Shown in pieces: positions 1 to 13,560 of a DNA stretch of 64,000 nucleotides. Every line of letters starts with the position of its first letter. The stretch's first letter is position 1. The notes below the pieces were generated by a model, which saw nothing but the letters and a program-made list of their open reading frames with translations, did no database searches and was not told where the DNA came from. The DNA is from Podarcis gaigeae (Eukaryota): assembly GCA_964106915.2 (NCBI GenBank), contig OZ066923.1; one strand, written 5' to 3'. The translations under genes and the position numbers were made by a program.

Positions 1-673
1 TGTTCGTGGTGAGTTCTGGCACTCCTCCCCCCCTTGAAAAATAGCACTGACTCTTCCTATAATCATAATCACTATGAACCTGGCCAAGGGGAGCATGAAT
101 CTTCCTCCTTTAAACTTTTAAAACCCAGTCCTTATGTGTTCTGCAGCCTCCCTTGCCAGCATATTCCCTGGAAAGCACAGAGTGGTCATTAAACCATGAT
201 CTCTTCCTACATGCATTCCATGTACACATGCTAGATGAGGGGTGGGGAGTGTCTGCAGTGTGCTACAGGGCAGGGCAGGGATTCTTTGAAAGTTCAAAGA
301 AAGAACACTCACATCCCTCAGACACACTGCGGATAACGTTGCTGGATTCCTATCAGGCGCAGCCAGCATGGCCAGTGATCAGGGGATGATCAGGCCTGTA
401 GTCCAACAACATCTGTAGGGCCGATATTAATAATTAGTTTCCTGACAGATAAATATACATTTTTCTAAGTCTTCAATTTAAACTTTTCCAGATTTCTTTC
501 TAGAAGTTATGCTCTCATTATTATTAGAGAAAAAAGAATTATTGACTTTGCAGTGCTTCTTTCCTGGTTTTTGTTTTTTTTTACATTCAGAAACAGGGTC
601 AACATTCAGAAACAGGTAGACAAGACATGATGCAATACATAAGCATATAGAAGAATCTTAAATGTATGAATTA

Positions 674-902
674 CAGTGGAACCTCGGGGTGCGGACATAA
701 TCTGTGACGGAGGCACGTCCATAACCCGCAGCGTTTGCATCCTGAAGCATCGCGCCTGCGCAGGCGCTGGCACAATTTGGCGCTTCTGCGCATGCGCGAG
801 CAGCGAAACATGGAAGTAACCCATTCTGGTACTTCCAGGTTTCCCTTGGTCCGCAACCTGAAAACAAGTAATCTGAAGTGTCCGCAACATGAGGTATGAC
901 TG
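674..902. mobile_element. Tc1/mariner (pogo/Tigger-like) MITE
   Basis: Imperfect TIRs CAGTGGAACCTC..TGCGGAC / GTCCGCA..GAGGTATGACTG flanked by TA on both sides; CpG-rich interior. Confidence 0.8.
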
Positions 903-3873
903 TATGAATAAATCTATCTCTTCAAAGTGGTCAGGAGAAGATGATTTATTCACTCAAGGACTATCCTTTATAAGCTTAAATCTCTCCCAAGTCAAGAAAA
1001 AAAATCTATTTCAATCAGCTACATGATGGGAACAGATGATTTATGTGGCCATTTCCAAAGATTTCTTCTCAAAGGTAAACTAATAAAAAAGAAAAATCAG
1101 ATTACAGTCTATGATGGGGTGGATTTTTATTAGAAAATATACTACCTTGTTGTCCAGTATCATCTTTGTAATATTGTCTAATGCTGCAAACTTTACAGAT
1201 CAAGATAACAGGTAGCAAAAGAGAATAGAATGTTTTTGGGTGTGTCACTGTCCCCATGGAGATTCCACTGCAATCAGTTGCCAGATAGCTGCACATCTAT
1301 TGAGAAGTTACCACGTGGTTAAAGAACTGGACCACAATTCTCATATTTCTATTGAATGGCTTCCTGGAAGAGCAGGCAAGGACAATCACCTTCTGTAACT
1401 ATGACATCAGGTGACAACTTCATGAAGCTGTCAGATGACAGTGTCCTTTCCAAGGGGCTCACTGCAAACCCCATGGCCACAGTTTTTCTGTGTACAATTA
1501 CACAAGAGGTGACATCACACCACCACTTCCGGGGGCTTTTTTAGTCAAAAGTTTTCAACAAACACAGTAAGAGGCCACACTTTCTAGTTACTGGGATATT
1601 TGGTGGTTTAAAAGAAAAATATTATGAGGAAAGCCCTTGGACTACCCTGTAAGTTCTTCAGATCAATTTCAATCTGTTAAGAGCAGGTAGCTTTTATTAG
1701 GATTTTTCCTATAATTTCTACATGGAGTTGGGATGGGATAGACTTGCTGGTAGTGGGCCAGATCAAGGCTGTTTCATCCACCCTGATTGTAAAGCTGTAG
1801 AGCTACCACAGAGGATGCCCTCTTTCTTGTTCCTGCCAGTTTAACTGCTCCTGGAGCTGGAAAAACAATAAATTCCTGATCTGACCATCTGGCGCCCAAA
1901 GGTACTCAGGCAGACACATTCTGGACCAGTAGAAGTTTACAAGCCATCTTTAAGGACAGACAAGCGTACAGTATATTTCATTCCTACTATTAAATAAAAA
2001 ATAAAAGCAGTGTAAAATATATAGCCTATATAAACATATTTTAGCTGCTACTTGTCTGGCACTGAAATGATATCAAGGTGAATCTCTCTGTTGAGGGCAT
2101 TACACAGCTAGGGTGCCACCATTGAAAAAGTCCTTCTCTAGTTTCCACCCACTGCACCTTACCTTAGAGTGGCAACTAGAAAACAGGATTTCCACCCACT
2201 GCAGAACTTTTCACCCTACTTCTTGGCCTTTGGCAACACACTTCTGTAGTTTTCCTGTTTCCTGAGACCCGTTCTCATTCAGCTGCCTAATCTTGTCTCA
2301 AGTTGCTATGTGAGAGATAATGTGGAATTTTACTTCCAGTCAAACTGAATTCCCTCACATATTTTTTTTTTAATCAAAATCCATGTTCCGTTTCATTTTC
2401 TAAACAACTTAGTTTGATTTGGACATGCTCAGTCAAATTTCCAAGTAACTCCTTAGCCACTGAATTCCTTAGCTGGATATCCTTAATACAGCTGTATATA
2501 AAGGTAACTGCATTTTTCAAAACACTTCTTAGACCTGAGCTAATTGAGAATACAGTGTAGATGTACAGTAGTAGAATGTCACGCGCACACACAGACACAT
2601 TTTCTATTGTGCGTTACACAATTTTTGCTTCAGAAATCCCTATGTTCATGAAATTCCTTGGAGAGGTACCTCATCATTTATTAATCAAAAAACTACAAGA
2701 TAAAGGCACAGGTATTAGGGGATACATCCCTGTACTCAAATTGAAATATATCAGTCTTCTGGGAGAGTTAGTAGAGATCTCACTCTTTATGCCTTAGCCT
2801 GCCTTGGTTCTTTCTCTGGAGGCAGAGAATGGACTATACTGTTAGTAGCCCATGGGTTTGATACACTTTCAAATATATTTTAGTCATTATGGAAGTAGTC
2901 CAACTTGAATCCCATTTTGAAACAAACTCATGTCCCATAAGCAAAAAGCCAGCTATTAGATGAGAAAGGTATGATGCCACTAAGATAGGCTCCAAATGAA
3001 TTAAAGCTGTTTTAACAAACAAATCTATGGATCCGGCCAGCCTCTAAAAGAGAATTATTGATGCTGTGGGAATCAACAATAAGAGCAGAACCAAAGATCC
3101 CTTCTATGTCTTACATGTATAAATATTAAACAAATGCTGTCTGTTACAATGAAGACTGAATATGATTTTTCTTTAAATCTGTCTCCCCAATGGACTCTGG
3201 TATGCATTATAAAATATTTGTTACAAAATTATCAAGTTTGATGGACAAGGATTATTATTATATTTATTTATATCCTGCTCATTTCCCTGACAGGGGCTGT
3301 AAGTGGCTTACAAATAAAACAGAAAAAGCTAAAAACAGGAAAACAACAACATTAAAAACAATTAAACATTAACAGAATTAAAACTATCTATCTGATCTAT
3401 TCAAACATTTAGATCATTACAAAAAGATTTCCACACCCACACACCATCCTCTCATCTATCATTGGTCACAAAGACTTTACCAAATCTCACCCACATCAAA
3501 CACCCACTGCATTCAGGTCTGAACTGGAGGTACAGAACAGTCTCTTCAACTCCCGATTCAGATGTTGTGACTCAGGGGAAGAAGTAAATGAGGCAATATG
3601 GACTAATAAAATTAACAGCCTAAACTTCACACAGTAAAATTCTGGGCGGGCACAATATGTGGATGGATAGCTGTTACTTGATATTCAATATGCTATGGCT
3701 GTGTTCAGCTGTATTGACTTGGTGTTGCATCAAGGAACCTAGAATTTGTCCCTTCTATTTTCCTTTCCACCCATAGTGTTGCTGCAAGGAAACTGGAAGA
3801 TTTCACTTCCATTTTTAACTAACTGCTGTTTACTGTTGTGTCCAAACCAGGACAAATTGTGCTTAGTCTTAAC

Positions 3874-4007
3874 CAGTGGTTTTTTTAAAAGAAAGAAAAG
3901 GTCCTGGTACTCACCATGAAGTTGTTACAGTAAGTGCCATACTTTTAACATGGGGGGGGGGAGTACTGGTACTGAGTACCCTTGAGAACCCTCAGAAAAA
4001 AGCACTG
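3874..4007. mobile_element. hAT-type MITE
   Basis: TIRs CAGTGGTTTTTT / AAAAAAGCACTG; perfect 8-bp TSD GTCTTAAC. Confidence 0.8.
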
Positions 4008-4690
4008 GTCTTAACCATGGTTAGTGAAACAAGCCACCTTCATGCCATGGTTTGTGGAGTTTTGTTCTCTTCCATGTGGCTATTCCAGTGGAAGATGGGG
4101 TGAGAGGGAAGCAAAAGCCCAAGGTCAAAGTTTAAGATTACATCTAAACCAGGTTTATACTGTCAAGAGCTAGCTGCTATTTCATTCTTCTCTTGCCCAT
4201 CTATCTAATTCCACTTAGTAATTATGCAACCTTATTTGCAACTTCATGCCACAGAATTTGTTTTCATCTTCTCTCCCTATGCTTTGAATTTTCATTGTGT
4301 TGATTAGTGCTTATGGTTAGGGACCCATTCATTTTACTTTTTGTCTTCAAAGCATTTTAGGCACTTTTTATTCATGTATTGTTAATTATAACAACAATAC
4401 ATGAAGAATTCCAGGAGAAAGAGGAAAGCAGGTGAAGTACCTTTGAGCTGGACTGTTTCCTCTCCTACATTGGACCATCTACCACTGACTGGTTTGATGG
4501 CTTGCTATATTTTTATATTGTTCATTCTGATTTTATTAATGCATCTTGATTTTACTTGTCTGTCACTTTAGAAGGATTTGTATCTTAAAAGATGGAAGGA
4601 TGATGGTACTGCTAATAATGGTATAACAACAAGTAGCAGCAGCACAGAGAGAAAAACAAGGTCTATGAACTTAACACAATCCTGACTTAC

Positions 4691-4742
4691 CAAATGGTCC
4701 TCAGATGTTGCAGCCTAAAAGTTCTTTGTCTGTTGCAGCTAT
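4691..4742 (-). other. Candidate spliced exon (52 nt), probably 5' UTR
   Basis: Strong acceptor tctctcttcatccatttccag| and consensus donor TTG|gtaagt; stops in 2 of 3 frames; no recognisable protein. Confidence 0.5.
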
Positions 4743-5609
4743 CTGGAAATGGATGAAGAGAGAGTACAGAAGTCAGAATCTATTGTATAATTCCATCCCA
4801 GTGTCATTATTTCAAACTCTCAAAATTTATTTTCTTCTCCAGTCTCTTCTCTGTGATTTGCTCATGGCAGGAAATCAATACAATATTACTGAAGCTACAT
4901 CCAGAGCTCATAGCTCTAGCTCTGCTAGCCAACCAATAGTTAAAGCTCATCGTCCGGAAATGAGTCATCTTGGATCATTCGTTGTCCTATCCCATGAAGC
5001 AAGGGATAAATATCTCTCTCATGGTATAAACCAGAAAGCAGCATCAAAATTAATGGCAATCATTTTGTTCCCATACATGTCTCCTAGTGACCACAGCCGG
5101 TTAAATTATGGCCACAACTTTGCTTAAAAGGTTTAGCAACAGAAACATTAAACACCTCCCATTCCTCCTAAAAAGATACAGGGGGGCAGAAAATTAGGCC
5201 TTCCTGGATCCTCCAAACATGATATCTGTTTCACATCAAAGATGGATCTCCTATTATAATTGAAACTCTGCCTTGGGACCCATCCAAACCCAACCACACT
5301 CCTAAAACACTGGATAGAGCAAAACCCATAAAGCACCGTAAGTTATTTCTTTCATGTAATGATTGTAAATTAAATCTTCATTAAGTCAATTTGCTGCTGA
5401 TGCTAAGTGTTTCCTGTAAATATACATTGCGACATTAAAGTACCAAAATATTTTCAACTGATAATTCAAATAGTTTGCAAATGAAGTAAAATAAAATATT
5501 TCCTCCCTAGAAGCAAATCATCACAGAAAAATCACCTGAAATGTGTTCTGTTACATGTTCTGAAAGTCATATTTTCTCCTTGATAGCAAATATCTGGTGT
5601 CTGATTAAC

Positions 5610-6000
5610 TTTTGATATGCTTGGAAGAAACAGATTGTCTGCAGCTATCTCACAGGGATGGAGGGAGTGTGTCCCTGTTGATTCTCCTTGATCTCTCAAT
5701 GGCTTTTGATACCATCAACCTGGTTACCTCCCGGAGCAGCTCAGAGGGTTGCAAGTGAGAAATACAGTGTTGTGGTGATTTCACTCCTGTTTGAGAGAAT
5801 GGTACCAGAAGGTGTTGTTGGATTATTTCTACTTCAACAAATGGCTTTTGGGGCTGTGGTGTCCTACAGGGTTCCATTCTGTTTTCCCAATATCTATGAA
5901 GCTACTGTAGGAAATCAACTGAAGTTTTGGTGTGTGGGGCCATCAATATGCCAATGATACTCAGGTCTCCTTCTCTATCTCTGTCTCTAAATCAGATGAG
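5610..6000 (+). mobile_element. Degenerate L2 LINE ORF2 (RT) fragment
   Basis: Translates to LLILLDLSMAFDTIN, matching the L2/CR1-group RT motif LLDLSAAFDTIDH; frameshifted; boundaries approximate. Confidence 0.7.
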
Positions 6001-6624
6001 GTTTTGCAAGTGTTGGACCATGACTTACATAGCATTCACCTGGACAGAGGATGAAAATCTGTTGATGATGCCACAAACCCCTGCTGTAAAGCATGCTGTG
6101 ACTTGGACATGTCTTTTCAGTGTTGTGACATGAGTTTTCTAGAATTACGGTATCTACCCATAGAAGTGAAGCAAACCCACGCATTGTTATGTTTTTGATG
6201 CTTGCTGAAAATCTTTCTCTTCTACCAAGTCTTCCCAAATTGGACTATTATATTTCTGTAGTTCATTCTTCCTGGTTTTTATATTCTTAATATTGTTATT
6301 GATTGCTATTAGGTTTTATATTTTATTTCTGTACACTGTGTGAGTAATATTGCATGTTAGAGTGGTTTATGCATTCTGAAATAAATCACTACTTCTGCCA
6401 GTATATTATATACAGGATCCCTGCCAGAAACACCATACATTAAAAGTACCTGCTATCACGATCCCTTTTTATCTTCCTGCTGCCACCATTAGGATTCAAA
6501 TAAATAATACATTTATATAGCTTTCTCATTTAGTTGCTGGGTATAGGTGCGGGACAAGGCGGACCAGGAGATTAGGATGTGAACTCAAAATAAATGATTC
6601 ACTTGAAGTATTCACTTTCTTGTG

Positions 6625-6771
6625 GCACAATGGACCAGTGCATCTAGCTGTTAACCAGAAGGGTGGTGGTTGGATCCCAACCAGGGATAGCTGTGGGCAG
6701 GATTCCTGTAATGCAGGGAGCTGGACGACACCCTTGGGGTCTCTTCCAATCTAAAAATCTATGATTCTATG
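6625..6771 (+). mobile_element. tRNA-derived SINE with CR1-like 3' tail
   Basis: tRNA-like head remnants; ends in ctatgattctatg, the CR1-type octamer tail. Confidence 0.55.
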
Positions 6772-7865
6772 GTTCTTCCCTCTGGTCAGCTTCTCTTCCC
6801 CACAGTTGCCTTTCAGACTTTACCAGGTCTTTTAACAATAGTTCTTATCTTTGGTCAGGAATGCAGTGTTTCTTCAAATCAACTGCCAATCGCTAGCACA
6901 CTGGCCTCTGCTCATCCCAAATAACTGCTCCAGGAATCTTTCACCCCTCTTTGTAAACCTTCTTAGCATCTGACATCAGTGATTTTAGCTTTCAAGCACT
7001 GACTCCCTCCTCTGAAGAAGAAAAAAATACCAGCCACCACTAGGATTTCTCAGTTCCCAGGTCCTCTCTGAACTCTCACTACGCCTCTGGCTGATGGTAC
7101 TTCCAGATTCAGTCTTTCTCAGACTTGTCCTTTGTTTTTGTTTTTCAGGGTTTCTTCATAAGTACCAATGAGCATCTCAAAAACTGCCTGGCTGTCTAAT
7201 CAGACTCTCTGTCTCTTAAACAGTGCTATTCTACTTTCTCCATCTGGAACCCTCCAGTCAATTTCCAGGTTTTTACTGACTTATAGTTATAGACTAGTAA
7301 GTTTAATTAATGTCCATGACAGGACGCATATTCTCACTTTTTTGTATTCTGCAGAATCATATAAATATGGGGAAACAGGAAGCTGACTTATACTAAATCA
7401 GATCCCTGGGCATAAAAACCAGTGCTCAAAGTAGCTAACTGGGGATCTGTCTTCCAGCATATCATATACTCTCTAATATTCTTCAGATGATAAAAGGGAC
7501 GTTCTATTATACATCAGTATCACTGCTTGAACATTTCCCCATGGTCAAGTACAAAAGCTATTAGAGGAATCATACAAAACCACAGAATTTGAAACACAGA
7601 AATCTTTGAATTTATGTATGGTATTTAAGGAAGCCTGAGGAAAAATGAAAAGCCCATATCAATTAATGCAACTAACTATGTGTGTGTGTGTGTGGAGACT
7701 CATGCATTTATGAGTATTTTGGAAGCATGATAACTCTGAACAACCATTATTGCTGTGATTGTGCAGGTGTATGATATGGGGCATCCCAGTGTTTATTTTG
7801 GGGTACAGGGAAATATAAACTTTTGAGTTTGGGGATACAAAACCTTATTTTTTTAGTGTTTAAAA

Positions 7866-8001
7866 CAGGCTTCCTCAACCTCAGCCTTCCAGATGTTTTG
7901 AGACTACAATTCCCATCATCCCTGACCACTGGTCCTGCTAGCTAAGGATCGTGGGAGTTGTAGGCCAAAAACACCTGGAGGGCTGAGGTTGAGGAAGCCT
8001 G
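7866..8001. mobile_element. 136-bp palindromic hAT MITE
   Basis: Long TIRs CAGGCTTCCTCAACC; 8-bp TSD GTTTAAAA. Confidence 0.9.
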
Positions 8002-8837
8002 GTTTAAAACTTTTGAGCAAATTAGGAATGTGTAAGCAACTGCAGAATCCTGGTGCTTTGGTGAATCCTGGGTGGATCAGCTGCACAGACACACAAACCT
8101 CGGCTTCCCCCCACCCCCAGCTGCCCTAGGACACCCAAATGCACAAAACAGGGAGACGCCACTAGTTCAGCTCATGGGAGAAATCAATGCCTTTTCTGCA
8201 TCCACATGCAGGAAGGAAGGGGCTTTGGAGGGAAGTGTGTTTGCTCCAGAGGACCCCTTCCCCATTTCTCCAAATCCCCTTCCTCTCTAGGAATCTAGTC
8301 TTGTTTATTTTAAGCCATAGAGAAAGTCAAGCTCCAGGATCAGATCTCTCTGCATGTCTCTCAAAGCAGGCACCAAAGAGGAAACGCCCACTAAACACAC
8401 AGGTGGCAGTGGCTCAGTGGCACTTCAGGTCCCCAAATGAAACTGGCAACAAAAGGTAAGGCAGCAATGCAAATAAACTGGGCAGGGACCTAAGAAATTT
8501 GGATGCAAAGCAGACACTCCCTGTTGTGGGCAATGTTGCTGAGCAGTTCATAAGAGTGTGCAAACAAGAACACAAAGTAGGTTGCTGCTTCTCTCTTTCC
8601 CTGGCCAGGCGATGGAAGAAGCAATGGATGAAAAGGTGGAGAGAATTTCGATTGTTTTTTGAGTGGGAGGGGAAGGAAAGGCTTACAATTGGGAATTCCA
8701 GAATTCTCATGGCAAAATGATACTTTTAAGTGTTTTCGTGAAGCTCCTGGCAATTTTCGTGGCAATTGGAGGCTATGCATCTTCTGTGCATTTCAGACAC
8801 AGCTCCATCTTCTCCACTGGCTATTCTGGCTGGCTAG

Positions 8838-9690
8838 TGTGAGGAATGACCGCTCCCCGCATAAAACGGGGGGGGCGCCCTTTGAGTGGACGTATCTGGA
8901 GCAGCTCCAACAGCATAGGCTAGGCTTTGCCTTCCCTCAGGTGGGATACCTGGAGGTCTCCGCCTACCTCAGTCAGTTGTCCAATCCCACCTGGGGGAAG
9001 AGTTGCCAAGGAGACCAGGCCAGGTAGGGGAGGGATTACCTGCCCACACAAAGGAGGGAGGATCTTACCTGGGAATTCTCACTTGGCTCCAGAGCTTCTC
9101 CCACCCTACCCACCCTCAGTCAATGTCTTATGTTGCAGGTTAATTTTCCTCACAGGTTTTGCAGGTTAACTTTTCTTCACAGGTATGCGGGCACTGCTAC
9201 GTTAAGGTCGCTGTTAAAGGGCCGGAAAGGAATTTCCCTGCATTGGCAGGTTTCGCCTTTCCCGTAGCAAAATGTCACAACTTTGGCGGTATCAGGCCTT
9301 GGGCGGAATCCTTTTGTCCATCTTCCTCTTTGCGGCGGCGATACCAGGGTTCCCCGTTAAAGGGGTTTTCTGAAGGGAGGCTTTGACCGTACGCCGGAAG
9401 GTCGTCATTGCTCTCCCCTGCGGCAGCGTAACGGGGGCGGCTATCTCTGCTTGAACATATGTTCTCCAGAGCCGGCCCATCCCCCCCCCCACACTGGATA
9501 ACCCTGATGCTCCCTAGGTCCCCGGCTGGGGACTGGGGAGGGAAAACGCCCAATGCCTGAGCCAAGGTCTACCCACATTTGAAATTTAATAAAGTTGTGG
9601 CCAATTTAATCCCATAGCATGTTGTCTTGAGTCGTTATTTCACATGACGGGGGGACCGCTCGGGATCTGGGGACTCCGCCTGTCCACGCA
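8838..9690 (+). mobile_element. Young CpG-rich LTR-like or tyrosine-recombinase (DIRS/Ngaro-type) non-autonomous retroelement
   Basis: Sharp GC/CpG-rich block, TG...CA ends, AATAAA near 9588, no TSD seen, no credible ORF; family assignment uncertain. Confidence 0.5.
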
Positions 9691-10133
9691 AATGGAAAAC
9701 TGACTGGGTATATCTGAGAACACGTGAGAGTGAAAGTGTGATTTTACAGGAAGCATTTGCCTGAACTATTATTTTAGGAAATGCAGCCTTTCCCCCCATA
9801 CGATCTCAAACTGATTATGGCTATTAAATTATAAAATTAGTCACTGCAATGGCACCCATGAACCAATTTACTGTACTCAAGGTAGTTAGCCAGTGTGAGA
9901 TGCATTCATTCCCCCTCCCCGGCCTTTTAAACACATGTTTATAGGTAAAGTGGAGACTGTAACTTATATTACTAACAGAGAACAGAGTTTTTTTATTTTA
10001 AAAAAAGATATTGTTATTTCAGGTTCATTAAAGTTGAAGCAAGCAAATGCACAAATAGAAGAAGCAAAAGTAAAAAACAAAAACACCCCACGGTTAACTC
10101 AAGCCACTTGAATTTGCTTTTGACACTACAAAC

Positions 10134-10257
10134 CTGTGGAGGAATCACCAGGTCAAAGAAAAGGTTTTGGTTACTATGGAAAACTCAACAGAATTGCTGA
10201 ACACAACAACACAATTGGATGATGTTTACTCTAACAAATGTGCTTTGGATATCTGGC
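10134..10257 (-). other. Candidate non-coding exon (124 nt)
   Basis: Acceptor ttttttttcttgcatacag|, donor CAG|gtttgt; stops in all 3 frames. Confidence 0.3.
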
Positions 10258-12629
10258 CTGTATGCAAGAAAAAAAACATTTCCCCCTAGTTAGGTTTATG
10301 AAACAGGCCTATCAATGTGTTTAGATGTTGCATAGCATTTCAATCAGCTGCAAGTCCTAAGCAATACTTGTTCATATTCACAGTTATCAAAAGAAAGTCA
10401 TTGCCAAATTGGCTCAGATTAAGAACACTGCACAGGAAGAGAAAATTCATATTAATGGCTATTAACACCACAGTGCAGGAAACAAGCTACACATCTTTAT
10501 TACCTTTTGATTTTGCATCAAATGGAAGAAATTTAAATAAATATCTCCTTTTGGATTTGCTATTAGATAAATGCTTAATAAGAAACTAGTTTGCATGAGA
10601 AAGGAAGACTTGGAACTCCATTTCTGCAAAGCTTATTAGTAAACTTTGATTTAATTAAACCTCTTAAAGATACCTTTATTTTCTGTAAGGTTGATCCAGC
10701 TTATATATCTCTGCTGAAGGCCAGAAGATAGTGGGAGAGCATATTTTGACGGGAAGTGTCTATTAAAGAATTAAGCCAAGATAAATCAATTCCCTGGCTG
10801 TCATAAGAGCTCTAGGGAGCCTCCATGTTTTCCCCCACTTTCAAACTGCCTGCAAACACAAGAAAATGTGTGTGCAAATGTTAGCAAATAGATATTTTGT
10901 GGCTGTTAGGGGAAAACAAATTCACAGGTCAAATGGGGATCCATATTGCAGGTTAGATTATGTAGTTTATGTAGATTATGGAGAACCCTGTTTAAAATCT
11001 TTGTTGACTCGTTGGGCTCAGGCACAGTCACTTCTGCTACAACAGTGAAACTAACTGCTTTTACCTCAAAGTTCTGCTTGCCTATTGCAAAAGTTCTGGG
11101 TCCAACTCTGTAAGTGAGTTAAGTAATACTCAAACTCCTTTTTCCTCGATCTTGTAATAAAAGTATAATTTGATCTACTGCAGAATGAAAGTTATAGAAA
11201 CAGTTGCACAAAGCTAAAAATCAGTTCATGTCACAAACATCTGTCGACAAAATGCATGTTTATAAATGCTTATAATATGCCTAAGCACATTATAGCTATA
11301 TTTAAGATACATGTTTCTGGCATGGCTGTCAGCATCCCTAGACATGGAAAGTAAACACAGTATTCTAAATGTGGCAGAATGAATTATGATATTTTAAAGA
11401 GGTTATTCTGTTTATGTTACATCCTAAACATAACTGCTATACTGAATTATACCACTTATAGAAGTTGATATGTAATCTAATTTTCCGCTTGCTTTCTTGC
11501 CACCATTGCTCCAGGTTGTTGGTGCAAACACAAACACTGTATCTAGGTGAATTCTTGGATACCAAGATCCAAGTTTGGGGCAAGTACCCTTTGGTGAGAT
11601 AAGCAAAGCAAAGATTTAAAATGACAAAATATGTGGCAAAGTAAGGTTGTTACACCTTTAAAAAATGCCCTTCAAAATGAGTTCCAAACTTTCCTTCTTT
11701 CCTTAGCGTAGGAAACAAAACTTCCACCTGCCTCCTTCCTTTCCCAAATGAAGACTTATTCCTCCAACAGGCCTTTCCAGATGGATAAGTACAGTAGGTC
11801 TCTACAATGGTCTCTGTCCATTTTTGTGTGTGTTGAATTTATGGTTCTCCTCAGCTACTGAAGGGAGCATCCTGTAATCCTTCAGTGGCTCGTCAAAGCT
11901 TTGCAAACCAGCAAGACCTCAAATCGGCCCCTAAACAAAAGGGACCAGAGAAAGCATGCTTGTCGGTCTGCTTCCTGTTATTTATTTTATTAAAATTATA
12001 TATTTATTTTCTCCAACATGGCAGCTTACAGATGAACCAGGAACAATGGAAAGCAGTGAAAAACAATCATTCCCAGGTGCAGCATAAGATATCTGACAAG
12101 GTACACCAGGGGCAGAGGTGCCGAGTTGCGCCTGACATTGGGGTGGAAGCCAATGTTACATGTGCAATGTGCATGCGTGTAATGTCATGTGTATCATGCA
12201 TTGCATGTGTGATGACTGTCGCATTGGGAGAGGCCAACCAGGCCTCCTCCCAAATGCGACATTCATCCATCAGGCCACAATGATCCATGCCACCTGGGGC
12301 GACTTCCCCCCCAGGTCTCCTGTGCCCCCTGAAGATTGAGGGAGCTGAGCTCCGACCCAGTGGACATGTGGGGGGAGGGGGCTGTAGGGTCCTTAGCCCC
12401 ATAGAGTTAGTGAACAGGGATCAGTTCACACAGAGATAAACAAGAGCACAGGATTAGAATCTGCGGGGAAGATGGGATCCCAGGAGGACTGTGTGTTGTG
12501 TATTTGTGTATACTGTGCATATATATTTACACACACACATATATGGGAGAGGGGGAGCAGGTTACCAATTTTCCCTTCTTACCCAGACTCCTATCATGAA
12601 ATGCCACCTACCAGAAGGTGCCTCTATAT

Positions 12630-12765
12630 CAGGCATAGGCAAAAGCAGCCCTCCAGATGTTTTGGGACTACAACTCCCATCATCCCTGACCACTGGTCCT
12701 GTTAGCTAGGGATGATGGGAGGTGTAATCCAAAAACATCTGGAGGGCCGAGTTTGCCTATGCCTG
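12630..12765. mobile_element. 136-bp palindromic hAT MITE
   Basis: TIRs CAGGCATAGGCAAA; 8-bp TSD CTCTATAT. Confidence 0.9.
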
Positions 12766-12859
12766 CTCTATATTGTGGGGCAGCTGAGACTGGAAGTGAG
12801 AGCTTGGGGTGGGGGAAGGAATCCACCCAAGGTAGATCACATCCAGAAACTTATGTTAT

Positions 12860-12864
<5 letters not shown>

Positions 12865-12902
<38 letters not shown>

Positions 12903-13560
12903 TTTCCCGCCCTCCCCAGCCAAAGCCGGGCTCAGGGCAGCTAACAACAATAAAACAATAAAACAGTACAACAGTACAACACAACACAACACTCTAAAAT
13001 CATTCATTTTAAAATAATTCAAATCAAGCCAATGGCAACCATTGGGCCAGAGCTCCGTGAAGACTGCCAAAGGAGGGAGTCAGGCTGCGCCCTGACCAAA
13101 GGCCTGGTAGAACAGCTCTGTCTTGCAGGTCCTGCGGAAAGATGTCAAGTCCCGCAGGGCCCTAGTCTCTTGTGACAGAGTGTTCCACCAGATCGGAGCC
13201 ACAGCCGAAAAAGCCCTGGCTCTAGTTGAGGCCAGCCTAACCTCTCTGTGGCCTGGGACCTTCAAGATGTTTTTATTTGAAGACCGTAAGTTTCTCTGTG
13301 GGACATACCAGGAGAGGCGGTCCCATAGGTATGAGGGTCGTAGGCCGTATAGGGCTGTAAAGGTTAAAACCAGCACCTTAAACCTGATCCTGTACTCCAC
13401 CGGGAGCCAGTGCAGCTGGTATAGCACCGGGTGAATGTGATCTCGCAGCGAGGACCCCGTAAGGAGTCTCGCTGCAGCATTCTGCACCCACTGGAGTTTC
13501 TGGGTCAGTCTCAAGGGCAGCCCCACGTAGAGCGAGTTACAATAATCCAGTCTGGAGGTG
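12865..13560 (-). mobile_element. 5'-truncated L2 LINE with open ORF2 C-terminus and (TTA)n tail
   Basis: ORF 13080-13559 reads TSRLDYCNSLYVGLP..LQWVQNAAARLL..HIHPVLYQLHWLPVEYRIRFK (L2 hallmark); (TAA)n at 12865-12900; flanking direct repeat ATCTGAA. Confidence 0.92.

Noticed and set aside
2374-2491. Possible terminal exon CIKDIQLRNSVAKELL..HGF*
   Set aside because: Weak acceptor and no recognisable protein; cannot be supported
4705-5127. 140-aa plus-strand ORF
   Set aside because: No recognisable homology; overlaps a better-supported minus-strand exon candidate
13080-13526. 148-aa ORF as a host gene
   Set aside because: It is the L2 ORF2 C-terminus
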